Shown piece after piece: positions 19,789 to 28,463 of a stretch of DNA of 64,000 nucleotides. A program made the position numbers and the translations under genes. The notes beneath the pieces are model-generated. The model saw nothing but the letters and a program-made list of their open reading frames with translations. It made no database searches and was not told the DNA's origin. Position 1 is the first letter of the stretch, and each line of letters opens with the position of its first letter. Location of the stretch: contig JAZQOF010000036.1 of assembly GCA_045627785.1 (NCBI GenBank), positions 97,630 to 161,629 on the forward strand, in the 5' to 3' direction. The stretch comes from Bacteroidales bacterium. Its GTDB lineage: Bacteria > Bacteroidota > Bacteroidia > Bacteroidales > UBA3663.

Positions 19789-21333
19789 ATGAGAAATCTT
19801 TTGTTAATGATAGCGTCGATATTTGTTCTTTTGTCTTCATGTATAGATAAAAGAATAGATATTGTGGAATATACAGATGAAGAGATTTCTATTTGGCCAG
19901 ATTATAAAGGTGTGACAATACCATATAATATAGCTCCATTAAGTTTTAGTGTTGACAACATAGACCAGAAAGTAGCGCTTATTATTAAGACAAATTCGGA
20001 TTCAATTATCTTTTTTGGAGATGATGGTTGTTTTAATCTGCCGCAAAAAGAATGGCGCGGCTTCTTGAATAATGCAATAAACGATTCGATACAATTTACA
20101 ATTTGTGTCGCTGCTCAGTGCGGATGGAAATCACTTAAACCATTTTGGGTGTATGTCTCGGAAGATGAGATAGACTCGCATTTAGTATATCGCAAAATCA
20201 CTCCGGGGTATGGCCTTTGGAACAGAATGAGCCTTTGTCAACGATGTTTGCAAAACTACGAAGAAAAAGAAATTTACCGTAATGAAGAGGGTAAGGGTAA
20301 TTGTATAAACTGCCATTCTTTTTGTAATGGTAATCCAGAAAAATGGCAGATGCATATAAGAACAAAGAATGGCGGAACTTATCTTTTTGAGGGACAAGAT
20401 CAGTCGTTGCTAAGTTTGAAAGATAAATCGAATGGTAATCCTGTGTATGCAAATTGGCATCCTGATGGAGAACTTGTTGCATATTCCAACAATAATACTT
20501 TCTTCCTGATACACACCGTTAAAACTAATAGATGGGAAGTTATGGATGATGGTTCTGATGTCTTTGTTGCAGATATTAAAACAGGAGAGCAATACCGCTG
20601 TGAGTTTATTTCGTCAAAAAACAATTATGAAACATTTCCATGTTTCTCGCCAAACGGAAAGTTCTTGTATTTTACTTCAGCGGAAGCGAAAAATAATTTG
20701 ATTAACGAATATGATAGTGTTCAGTATAATATCTGTCGAATAGCATTCGATGCTGAAACACGATCTTTTGGAAACGTCGTTGATACTTTGTTTAATGCAA
20801 AAAAAGATGGGGGTAGTGCATCTTTTCCTCGTATTTCGCCTGATGGTAGATGGCTTTGCTTTACTCGTTCTTCTTATGGCAATTTCAGTATTTGTCATCG
20901 TGATGCGGATCTTTGTTTGATAGATCTTTCTTTGTATCTAAATAAATTTTCTCATTCTTCGGTCCAAAACGACGAGTCTGTTGCTGGTAATCAAAGTTTA
21001 GATTCTTTTGCTTGCTATTATGAGAAGTTGGAAATTGCTAATAGTGAACAGGTAGAAAGCTATCATAGTTGGAGTCGTAATTCCCGTTGGCTGGTGTTCA
21101 GTAGTAAGCGAGATGATGCAATTTATACTAAGCCTTATTTTGTGCATATTGATGAAGAAGGAAGAGCTTCAAAACCTTTTTTGTTGCCACAATTAGATGC
21201 CAAAAACTATTACGATCTTGAAATGGTCTGTTATAATCTTCCAGAACTCGTTTCTGGCGAGGTTCCTATTAGGAAGATCAGACTTGAAAAAACGCTTCAA
21301 AGTGGCGCTCAAAACCAAATTTCGGTAAATTGA
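19789..21333 (+). CDS. TolB/PD40 beta-propeller lipoprotein with CxxCH motif (copy 2)
   Basis: ATG 19789 gives lipobox LSSC. WPDYKGVTIPYNIAPLSF, CINCH at 20302-20316, WHPDG, FSPNG, PRISPDG, WSRNS. Confidence 0.82.
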   Translation: MRNLLLMIASIFVLLSSCIDKRIDIVEYTDEEISIWPDYKGVTIPYNIAPLSFSVDNIDQKVALIIKTNSDSIIFFGDDGCFNLPQKEWRGFLNNAINDSIQFTICVAAQCGWKSLKPFWVYVSEDEIDSHLVYRKITPGYGLWNRMSLCQRCLQNYEEKEIYRNEEGKGNCINCHSFCNGNPEKWQMHIRTKNGGTYLFEGQDQSLLSLKDKSNGNPVYANWHPDGELVAYSNNNTFFLIHTVKTNRWEVMDDGSDVFVADIKTGEQYRCEFISSKNNYETFPCFSPNGKFLYFTSAEAKNNLINEYDSVQYNICRIAFDAETRSFGNVVDTLFNAKKDGGSASFPRISPDGRWLCFTRSSYGNFSICHRDADLCLIDLSLYLNKFSHSSVQNDESVAGNQSLDSFACYYEKLEIANSEQVESYHSWSRNSRWLVFSSKRDDAIYTKPYFVHIDEEGRASKPFLLPQLDAKNYYDLEMVCYNLPELVSGEVPIRKIRLEKTLQSGAQNQISVN

Positions 21334-21439
21334 TTAGTGCACTTTATGTGAATTTGGGCCTTCAAAATTTTATTTGGAGGTATCATACCCCTTTTTTTTA
21401 TAAAAAAAACTCTTGAATTTAATTTTTTTTAATCATTAA

Positions 21440-21471
21440 TTTGGAGATAGCGTAGGTATTAATTATTTTTG
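21440..21471 (+). promoter_or_regulatory. Bacteroidetes sigmaA promoter of the polysaccharide locus
   Basis: TTTG at 21440-21443, 20-nt spacer, TATTTTTG at 21464-21471. Confidence 0.75.
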
Positions 21472-21492
21472 CGCGTTTATAGGCGTATTATC

Positions 21493-21528
21493 GGATTTCA
21501 CAATGTGACATCCTATGGCGAAGCTGTG
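21493..21528 (+). promoter_or_regulatory. Candidate ops-like pause element (RNA hairpin followed by GGCGAAGCTGTG) in the locus leader
   Basis: Hairpin GGATtTCAC-AAT-GTGAcATCC, then GGCGAAGCTGTG, which fits the G-11 G-10 Y-1 G+1 pause consensus and resembles E. coli ops GGCGGTAGnnTG. Confidence 0.5.
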
Positions 21529-21552
21529 CCGTATATTTGATGATATATAATC

Positions 21553-22968
21553 ATGTCGACTAAGAAGATTGTAGCAAATACTTTATATTACGGCGTAATC
21601 CCAAAGATTACGTTGTTGATAAGTGTATTTACGCTTCCTATAACAACGAGGTATTTGTCTCCTTTTGATTATGGCATTGTTGGTATCATTACTTCATATA
21701 CTGCGATATTGTCTTCTGTTGCTCCATTGGGTATGAATGTCCACTTGACAAATTCGTTCTATGAAAATCCAAATCACTATAATTTGAATTGGGGCAGAAT
21801 ACTGTTTGTCTTCTTAGTCTCAGGATTTCTGCTTGGACTTTTGAACATTGGTATTTTATATTTGGCATTGCCGATAAAATCGTATAAAGGTATTCTTTTG
21901 GCGTTGTTCGGATCTGTTCAGGTGTTCTTGTTTGCAAATGCAATATTAGCACAACATCTATTCCCGTTACTGTCAAATCCGAAACCTCTGGTCTTTACAA
22001 ATTTGTTTGCATCTGTCGTAGGAATAATCGTATCGTTTGTGATGATCGTGTTCTTCGATATGGGTTATTGGGGACTCATTGCATCTCCTGCTATATCTGC
22101 AATTCTCGCATTTGCAATGTTTATTTATCCAATTTGGGTGCAGCGTCGAATATACCCTATTGTTGAAAAAAATAAAAAAAGACTTAGAGAGTATTTCAAA
22201 ATAGCATTGCCGATTATTCCACATACATTGGGATTCGTGCTTTTGACAAGCTCTGCTCGTATTGTGATGAATTTTTATGATGTCTCAATCAGTGAGATTG
22301 GACTTTTCAGTCATGGAAATACCATTGGCGATTATGTGATGGTGATAACAAACGCTCTCATCCTTGCGCTTGCTCCTCAAATTCAGGTTGCTTATAGAAA
22401 CAGAGATTTTTCAAAATATAGAAAATTATATGCCTTATGCCAAGGTGTTGCGTTGGCTTGCACTTTCCTCTTTTGTATTTGGTTGCCTCAGGTTTATGAC
22501 TTGCTTATAAAGAATGTGGAATTGAAACAATCTGTTGGGATTGCAAGTATGATGTGCTTCGCTAATATTGTTTTTTCATTTTATTCATTCGCATCGACTC
22601 CAGCTTTTATTCAAAAGAAAACGCTACAACTTTTATGGTTGGTTTTCTTGCCAGGTATTCTGAATGTAATTCTTTGTTTGATATTCATTCCTGTATTTGG
22701 TTATAAGGCTGCTATATATACAACAATCGTTTCTTATTGGAGCCAATTGACGGTGCCATTCTTTGTTTCATATTATTCGCAAAGCGTGAAAGAGTGGATA
22801 CAACACAAGCGGAATATTATTTATCTTACATTTATTTTGGTATCTGCCGTTGTAGCAGGAAACGTTATTATGTATATGACAGTTTGGCAAAAGATTGCAA
22901 TTTCCATTATTGTTTCTGCCGCGACATTGATGGTTTATAGAAAATATAAGTTTAATACGATTATATGA
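21553..22968 (+). CDS. wzx: Wzx oligosaccharide flippase
   Basis: MOP-family pattern: NTLYY, LPITTRYLSPFDYG, ALPIIPH, EIGLFS, LIFIPVFGYKAA; many TM segments; first gene of the locus. Confidence 0.88.
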   Translation: MSTKKIVANTLYYGVIPKITLLISVFTLPITTRYLSPFDYGIVGIITSYTAILSSVAPLGMNVHLTNSFYENPNHYNLNWGRILFVFLVSGFLLGLLNIGILYLALPIKSYKGILLALFGSVQVFLFANAILAQHLFPLLSNPKPLVFTNLFASVVGIIVSFVMIVFFDMGYWGLIASPAISAILAFAMFIYPIWVQRRIYPIVEKNKKRLREYFKIALPIIPHTLGFVLLTSSARIVMNFYDVSISEIGLFSHGNTIGDYVMVITNALILALAPQIQVAYRNRDFSKYRKLYALCQGVALACTFLFCIWLPQVYDLLIKNVELKQSVGIASMMCFANIVFSFYSFASTPAFIQKKTLQLLWLVFLPGILNVILCLIFIPVFGYKAAIYTTIVSYWSQLTVPFFVSYYSQSVKEWIQHKRNIIYLTFILVSAVVAGNVIMYMTVWQKIAISIIVSAATLMVYRKYKFNTII

Positions 22969-24476
22969 AGGTTCTGTTTCTACATACAACGGCCTTGTTG
23001 CCACTTCAATTTGGAGTGTTGATGGATGAGGCTAAGATGATGTATAAAGAAGGTCATGAGGTATTTTTTGGATATTGTAATAACACAGTCAAGTGTTGTA
23101 CAATGAATATGCATGGAAAGAAATCTTTTTGTGATTTGTGTACATGGAATACAAAACATGCTTTGGAAAACTTGCCTAAAGAAGTCAAGCGAATAAAGAT
23201 TAAAGAATTTATCCCCAATAAACGCAATGAGTTCGTTAAGGATTATTGTTCTATGGATGAGATAAAAGCTGTTGAGTATAAGGGTGTCAAAATCGGATAT
23301 GGAGTTTTGTCCACTTATTTATCTGTTACAAGAAATAACGAACCAGTTTTTGATAAAGCTTTCAATTCTTATATTAATGGTATGCTGTATAGATCTTCTT
23401 TACTTACAGATGCTATTGAATCAATTGTCGATACAATCAATCCTGATTTAGTTTGTATATTCAACGGTCGTTTATTTGAACACAGACCAATGTTGGAATT
23501 GCCTATGAGCAAAGGCATCAACGTCAAGAATTATGAAGTCTTGGGAGGATATCACGAAGAATATTATAAAGAAAGTTTCGAAAATTGCTTGCCTCATAAT
23601 ATTAAGAAATACAATGGTAAGGTTGTAGAATTGTGGAATAACCCAGATGTGCCTTTTGAAAAGAAAATCGAAATTGGTTCATCTTTCTATAAGAACAGAA
23701 GAGTCGGAATCCCTGCGGGGGATAGGGTTTATATTGGCAAGCAGGAAGCTGGTTTATTGCCAGAAGGGTGGGATGATTCAAAAAGGAACTTTGTTATTTT
23801 TAATAGTTCTGAAGACGAACATCTCGCAGTGGGAGATGAGTATAGTAGCTTGGATTTCTTCCCATCTCAGTTGGTCGGAATAAAGACAATCTTGTCAATG
23901 GTAAAAGACTGTTCTAATATCCATGTTTATCTAAGAATTCACCCAAATCTTTCAAATATCAAATATTCTTATCATACAGATTTGTATAAGTTAGAGAGAG
24001 AATTCTCTTGTGTTACGGTCATACCAGGAAGTGCTGAGATTTCTACATACGAATTAATGGAAAAGTCCGAAAAGGTTATTGTTTTTGGATCAAGTATGGG
24101 GTTAGAATCGTCGTTTTGGAAAAAGCCTGTTATTAATTTGGCTGGATGTGGTTATGCAACATCTGGCATTTGTTATATGCCAAAGAATCTTGAGGAGTTG
24201 AAAGCATTATTGCTTGATAAGATTGAACCTTTGGATAATCTATTTTCTCTTCAGTTTGGATATTTTAAGATGCATAGAGATGAAACCGCTAAATATAAGT
24301 TTATTGACTATAACTATAAACCATTTAAGCTAGGAAATAAAGATTTGACTCTTGTAAATTATCAAAAATTTATGGGATCAAGGCATCTTTTCGCAGTATT
24401 GCAACTTCTTGTCGGCCATTATTTTTCAAAAAAAGACAAGTCGGTGCCAATAACTATTCCAACCAATGGTAAATAA
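22965..24476 (+). CDS. Capsule biosynthesis protein (KpsS-like), probable ulosonic-acid glycosyltransferase
   Basis: IFNGR, YLRIHP, GSSMGLES..WKKPVI pattern typical of Capsule_synth/GT-B proteins; locus encodes NeuA/NeuB. Confidence 0.6.
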   Translation: MKVLFLHTTALLPLQFGVLMDEAKMMYKEGHEVFFGYCNNTVKCCTMNMHGKKSFCDLCTWNTKHALENLPKEVKRIKIKEFIPNKRNEFVKDYCSMDEIKAVEYKGVKIGYGVLSTYLSVTRNNEPVFDKAFNSYINGMLYRSSLLTDAIESIVDTINPDLVCIFNGRLFEHRPMLELPMSKGINVKNYEVLGGYHEEYYKESFENCLPHNIKKYNGKVVELWNNPDVPFEKKIEIGSSFYKNRRVGIPAGDRVYIGKQEAGLLPEGWDDSKRNFVIFNSSEDEHLAVGDEYSSLDFFPSQLVGIKTILSMVKDCSNIHVYLRIHPNLSNIKYSYHTDLYKLEREFSCVTVIPGSAEISTYELMEKSEKVIVFGSSMGLESSFWKKPVINLAGCGYATSGICYMPKNLEELKALLLDKIEPLDNLFSLQFGYFKMHRDETAKYKFIDYNYKPFKLGNKDLTLVNYQKFMGSRHLFAVLQLLVGHYFSKKDKSVPITIPTNGK

Positions 24477-24499
24477 AATTCCGTTGATCATATTTTGTA

Positions 24500-25495
24500 A
24501 TGCCTACAGTTTCAGTAATAATACCAGTTTTCAATAAAGCGCAATTCCTTGTTTGTTGTATAGAGAGTGTATTGTCTCAGACCTACAAGGATTTCGAACT
24601 GATATTAATTGATGACGGATCAACCGATGAATCATTATCAATTTGCCAAAAATATGCAGAACTTAATTCATCTGTTAAAGTCTATCATCAAGAAAATGCG
24701 GGCGCAAGTGCGGCAAGAAATTATGGAATTGATATTGCGCAAGGAAAATGGTGTAGTTTTATCGATGCAGATGATTTCGTAAAAAGCAATTATTTGTCAG
24801 ATTTAGTTGACCATATTACATCTGAGTCTTGTTTGGTAATGTCGAATATGGAATATGGTCAAGGTATTATTGTTCCAGATTATATAGATGCAGAATGTGT
24901 AGGAATCGATGAGATACGAGAGTATATTTGGAACAATTCAATTGCAAGTCATTTGGGACCATGTGTTAAGTTGTTCAATAGAGCAATACTAAATGAATCG
25001 CATATACGATTTCCGAAAGATGTTAGCAATGGAGAAGATACAATCTTTGTTTTTGACTATCTTTCCAAAGTCAATGTCCTCTCTGTTTTTGAATCGAGAA
25101 ACTATGTCTATAGATATGTTGCAGGTTCACTCTCGAATAAGTGCCTTTCAGAAAAAAAGTCTCAAAACAATTATTCAAGATTGAAAGATACATGGTTATC
25201 TTTCATAGGACTTCCAATTGAAGATTCCCGGGTGTGGATTAATAGCCCGCTTCCTGCCATGTTGAATTTATATGTTTTGTCTTTGTTCGCAGACAGACAA
25301 TTGAGCTTTTCTTATCGTGTGAAACAGGTTAAGACGTTCGAAAAAGAATTAATGGCAATGTATAAGCACTCTGAAATAAGTGTATCAAATATAAGCCGTC
25401 TTTCTGTATTATTCTTAGGCTTGCATCTCTATATATTATATATAATGTGTTACTTTGTTTTCGTTAGGTATCATTTAAAGTTAAATGTCGGATAA
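24500..25495 (+). CDS. Glycosyltransferase family 2
   Basis: VSVIIPVFN, DDGSTD, GASAARNYG, FIDADD, GED. Confidence 0.93.
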   Translation: MPTVSVIIPVFNKAQFLVCCIESVLSQTYKDFELILIDDGSTDESLSICQKYAELNSSVKVYHQENAGASAARNYGIDIAQGKWCSFIDADDFVKSNYLSDLVDHITSESCLVMSNMEYGQGIIVPDYIDAECVGIDEIREYIWNNSIASHLGPCVKLFNRAILNESHIRFPKDVSNGEDTIFVFDYLSKVNVLSVFESRNYVYRYVAGSLSNKCLSEKKSQNNYSRLKDTWLSFIGLPIEDSRVWINSPLPAMLNLYVLSLFADRQLSFSYRVKQVKTFEKELMAMYKHSEISVSNISRLSVLFLGLHLYILYIMCYFVFVRYHLKLNVG

Positions 25496-25496
25496 T

Positions 25497-26759
25497 ATGC
25501 GAATCCTTTGGGTAACTCAAAATGGAGGTAATTATAAGAATCCAACAGTAACAGGTACTGGTGGATGGATTGGTGCAATGCAAGAGGCTTTTTGCAAAAG
25601 AAATCCTGAAGTTGAGTTAGGAATTACCTTTTTCCATCCGTTTGATAATGAGGATGTCTCAAATGATGGTGTTTCTTATTTGCCAGTTGAATACGATTAT
25701 GGTAAGACTCTGTTGAAGAAATGGATATATAGACATTCTAGAAATGAAGAGCAATATTTGAATGAAAGAGTCTTGGCAATGCGAGATAAAGTTGTTTCAT
25801 TTCATCCGGATATTGTTCATATTTGGGGTGTAGAAGACAAGCACGCACAATTAATTAGTTATTTGATAGATATCCCTTCTGTTGTACATATTCAAGGCTT
25901 TGCTTCAGCATGTCTGTTCTCATATTTTGCGCCAGGGTTCTCTGTGGAATCGCTTAAGTCTGCAGATAAATTTGTTGATAGGGTTGTTTTAAAGCGTGGC
26001 GAAACTTTCGAATATCGAAGCTTTGTTAATAGAGCTGAGCGAGAAACCAAGTTGGCACCTAAAGTGAAAAATTGGATTGGTCGAACAGAGTGGGATAGGA
26101 CAGTTTCCCAGTTATTGAGTCCAGGTTCAAGGTATTTCCATTGTGATGAATTATTACGTTCTTCTTTTACGGAAAATAATTGGGAATATCATTACAACGG
26201 TAAAATTTTGAATATCCAATCAACAATAAGTTATGATTGGTATAAGGGAATGGATATCATACTTAAAACAGCATTAGTACTAAAGGAAATCGGAGTTAGT
26301 GTTTGCTGGAATATTTACGGATGGGAGAAAGAAAACAAAAAAATCGGAGTTTTTACAAAGACTTTAGGAATTAATCCAAATGATGTTGGCGTGTATTTGA
26401 AGGGATGTGTTGACGGCTCAGAAATAAAGAAGGGGTTATTGTCCTGTGATTGTTATGTGCACACTTCATATATAGAAAACAGCAGTAATGCAATTGCAGA
26501 AGCACAATTGCTAGGCGTACCTGTAATTGCACAAAATGTTGGAGGAACACCAACAATGTTGCGTGATAAATCCGGCATATTGGTTACACCGAATGACCCA
26601 TATGTTATGGCATCAAAAATTCTTGAAATAACAACTCAAGAAATTTCAGAATTCTACTCTTTGAATGCAAAGACATTAGCTAAAAAACGACACAGTCCAG
26701 ATGTTGTTTGTGGAGATTTAATGAACATCTATAATACAATTATAGAAACTGCAGATTGA
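25497..26759 (+). CDS. Glycosyltransferase family 4
   Basis: MRILW, PDIVHIWG, SYIENSSNAIAEA..LGVPVI (EX7E). Alternative start at 25485. Confidence 0.9.
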   Translation: MRILWVTQNGGNYKNPTVTGTGGWIGAMQEAFCKRNPEVELGITFFHPFDNEDVSNDGVSYLPVEYDYGKTLLKKWIYRHSRNEEQYLNERVLAMRDKVVSFHPDIVHIWGVEDKHAQLISYLIDIPSVVHIQGFASACLFSYFAPGFSVESLKSADKFVDRVVLKRGETFEYRSFVNRAERETKLAPKVKNWIGRTEWDRTVSQLLSPGSRYFHCDELLRSSFTENNWEYHYNGKILNIQSTISYDWYKGMDIILKTALVLKEIGVSVCWNIYGWEKENKKIGVFTKTLGINPNDVGVYLKGCVDGSEIKKGLLSCDCYVHTSYIENSSNAIAEAQLLGVPVIAQNVGGTPTMLRDKSGILVTPNDPYVMASKILEITTQEISEFYSLNAKTLAKKRHSPDVVCGDLMNIYNTIIETAD

Positions 26760-26765
26760 TTTTTT

Positions 26766-27683
26766 ATGCAAAATAGCGTTATCCGCATAGCAGTATTATT
26801 AACTTGTTTTAATCGATGTGAAAAGACTTTAGTTTGTCTTAAGTCTTTGATTAATGCAATTACTCATTATAATAAATTTCCTAACCCTAGTTTGTATTTG
26901 GAACTGTTCATTACCAATGATGGCTGTACCGATAATACTTTTGTAGAAATAGAAAAGGAGATTAAACCTGTCATGCCAGTTACTGTAATTGAAGGTAACG
27001 GAAATCTTTTTTGGGCAGGAGGTATGCGCGTTGCTTGGAAAAAAGCGCTTGAATATAATTGGGATTATTTCCTTTTGCTAAATGATGATACAGAATTAAA
27101 ACTGAATGTTTTCGATGAGTTATTCAAAGCTATAGATTATTGCAAAGCAAATTTCAATAGGGAAGGACTGTATTCGGGAATAACTTGTGCACCAAGCGAA
27201 ATAAACACGGTCACTTATGGAGGTTTTAAGTGGAGAAATCGTGCAAAAGCTACAATAGATTTGGTTCAGAACTCCGGAAAAGTCCAGGAATGTGACATGG
27301 CAAATGCCAATATATTATTGGTTCATAATAGTGTTGTAGAATCGATCGGTATTTTCTATGATAAATATGTTCATGCAAATGCGGACTTTGATTATTCTAT
27401 TGTGGCAAAGAGAAATGGATTCCCAGTTGTTGTAACGGCCAATATTTGCGGAGAATGCCCTTATGACCATTTGTCTAAGGTTGAATACCTTAAACAAATA
27501 TGCAATATGACTTTGGCAGAGCGAAAAAAGCATTTTTCTAATCCGTTGTATTCCAATAAAGATTTCGAAGTATTCCGTAAACGTACAACTCCATCTAGAG
27601 TATGGATTGTTAAGATTGGTCGATGGATCAATTTATACATGCCAAAACTTTATCTTTGGTTGCATTTGATTAGAGAATATTGA
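26766..27683 (+). CDS. Glycosyltransferase family 2 (rhamnosyltransferase-like subgroup)
   Basis: AVLLTCFNR, NDGCTD, GNGNLFWAGGM, LLNDD, ADFDY. Confidence 0.88.
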   Translation: MQNSVIRIAVLLTCFNRCEKTLVCLKSLINAITHYNKFPNPSLYLELFITNDGCTDNTFVEIEKEIKPVMPVTVIEGNGNLFWAGGMRVAWKKALEYNWDYFLLLNDDTELKLNVFDELFKAIDYCKANFNREGLYSGITCAPSEINTVTYGGFKWRNRAKATIDLVQNSGKVQECDMANANILLVHNSVVESIGIFYDKYVHANADFDYSIVAKRNGFPVVVTANICGECPYDHLSKVEYLKQICNMTLAERKKHFSNPLYSNKDFEVFRKRTTPSRVWIVKIGRWINLYMPKLYLWLHLIREY

Positions 27684-27688
27684 ACTTG

Positions 27689-28462
27689 ATGAAAATCTCA
27701 ATCATTACTTCAACTTATAATAGCGCCTTAACCCTGCGAGATACAATAGAGAGTATTCTAAGTCAGGATTATAAGGATATAGAGTATATCATTGTGGATG
27801 GTTCTTCTACTGATGACACATTATATATTATAAAAGAATATGAGCCTAAGTTCAATGGTAAGATGCGTTGGATTAGCGAACCGGACAAAGGTCTGTATTA
27901 TGCAATGAATAAAGGTATTGCTTTGGCAACGGGAGATTATATCGGAATACTAAACAGTGATGATTTCTATACAAGTACAGATATTATTTCAACTATTGTA
28001 AATACTATAGATAGATATAACGTAGATGCGGTATATGGAGATATTCATTATGTGAATGGCGATGACCTTAAGACTCCTGTAAGATACTACTCATCAAGTT
28101 CGTTTAGTAAATGGAAGATGAGATTCGGATTTATGCCTGCCCATCCATCTTTTTATTGTAAAAGATCTTGCTATGAAAAATACGGTTCTTTCGATACGGA
28201 TTTTAGAATTAGTGCAGATTTCGAACATTTATTACGATTGATTTTTGTCAATAATATTCAGACAAAGTATATACCGAAAGATTTTGTTACAATGAGAACC
28301 GGAGGTGTTTCGACATCTGGATTCTCAAGTCATAAACGAATATTCAAAGACCACATGCGTGCATACAAAAAGAATAATGTATATTCCAATTATTGTTTTG
28401 AATTATGCCGCTATATATGTAAGGTGTGGAGTCTCGCAATATTTAGAATAAAAAAGCAATAA
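27689..28462 (+). CDS. Glycosyltransferase family 2 (WcaE-like)
   Basis: MKISIITSTYN, DGSSTD, SEPDKGLYYAMNKG, LNSDD, PAHP, MRTGGVS. Confidence 0.92.
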   Translation: MKISIITSTYNSALTLRDTIESILSQDYKDIEYIIVDGSSTDDTLYIIKEYEPKFNGKMRWISEPDKGLYYAMNKGIALATGDYIGILNSDDFYTSTDIISTIVNTIDRYNVDAVYGDIHYVNGDDLKTPVRYYSSSSFSKWKMRFGFMPAHPSFYCKRSCYEKYGSFDTDFRISADFEHLLRLIFVNNIQTKYIPKDFVTMRTGGVSTSGFSSHKRIFKDHMRAYKKNNVYSNYCFELCRYICKVWSLAIFRIKKQ

Positions 28463-28463
28463 G

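Noticed and set aside
21334-21552. Invertible (phase-variable) CPS promoter
   Set aside because: I found no long inverted-repeat pair bracketing the promoter and no recombinase nearby.
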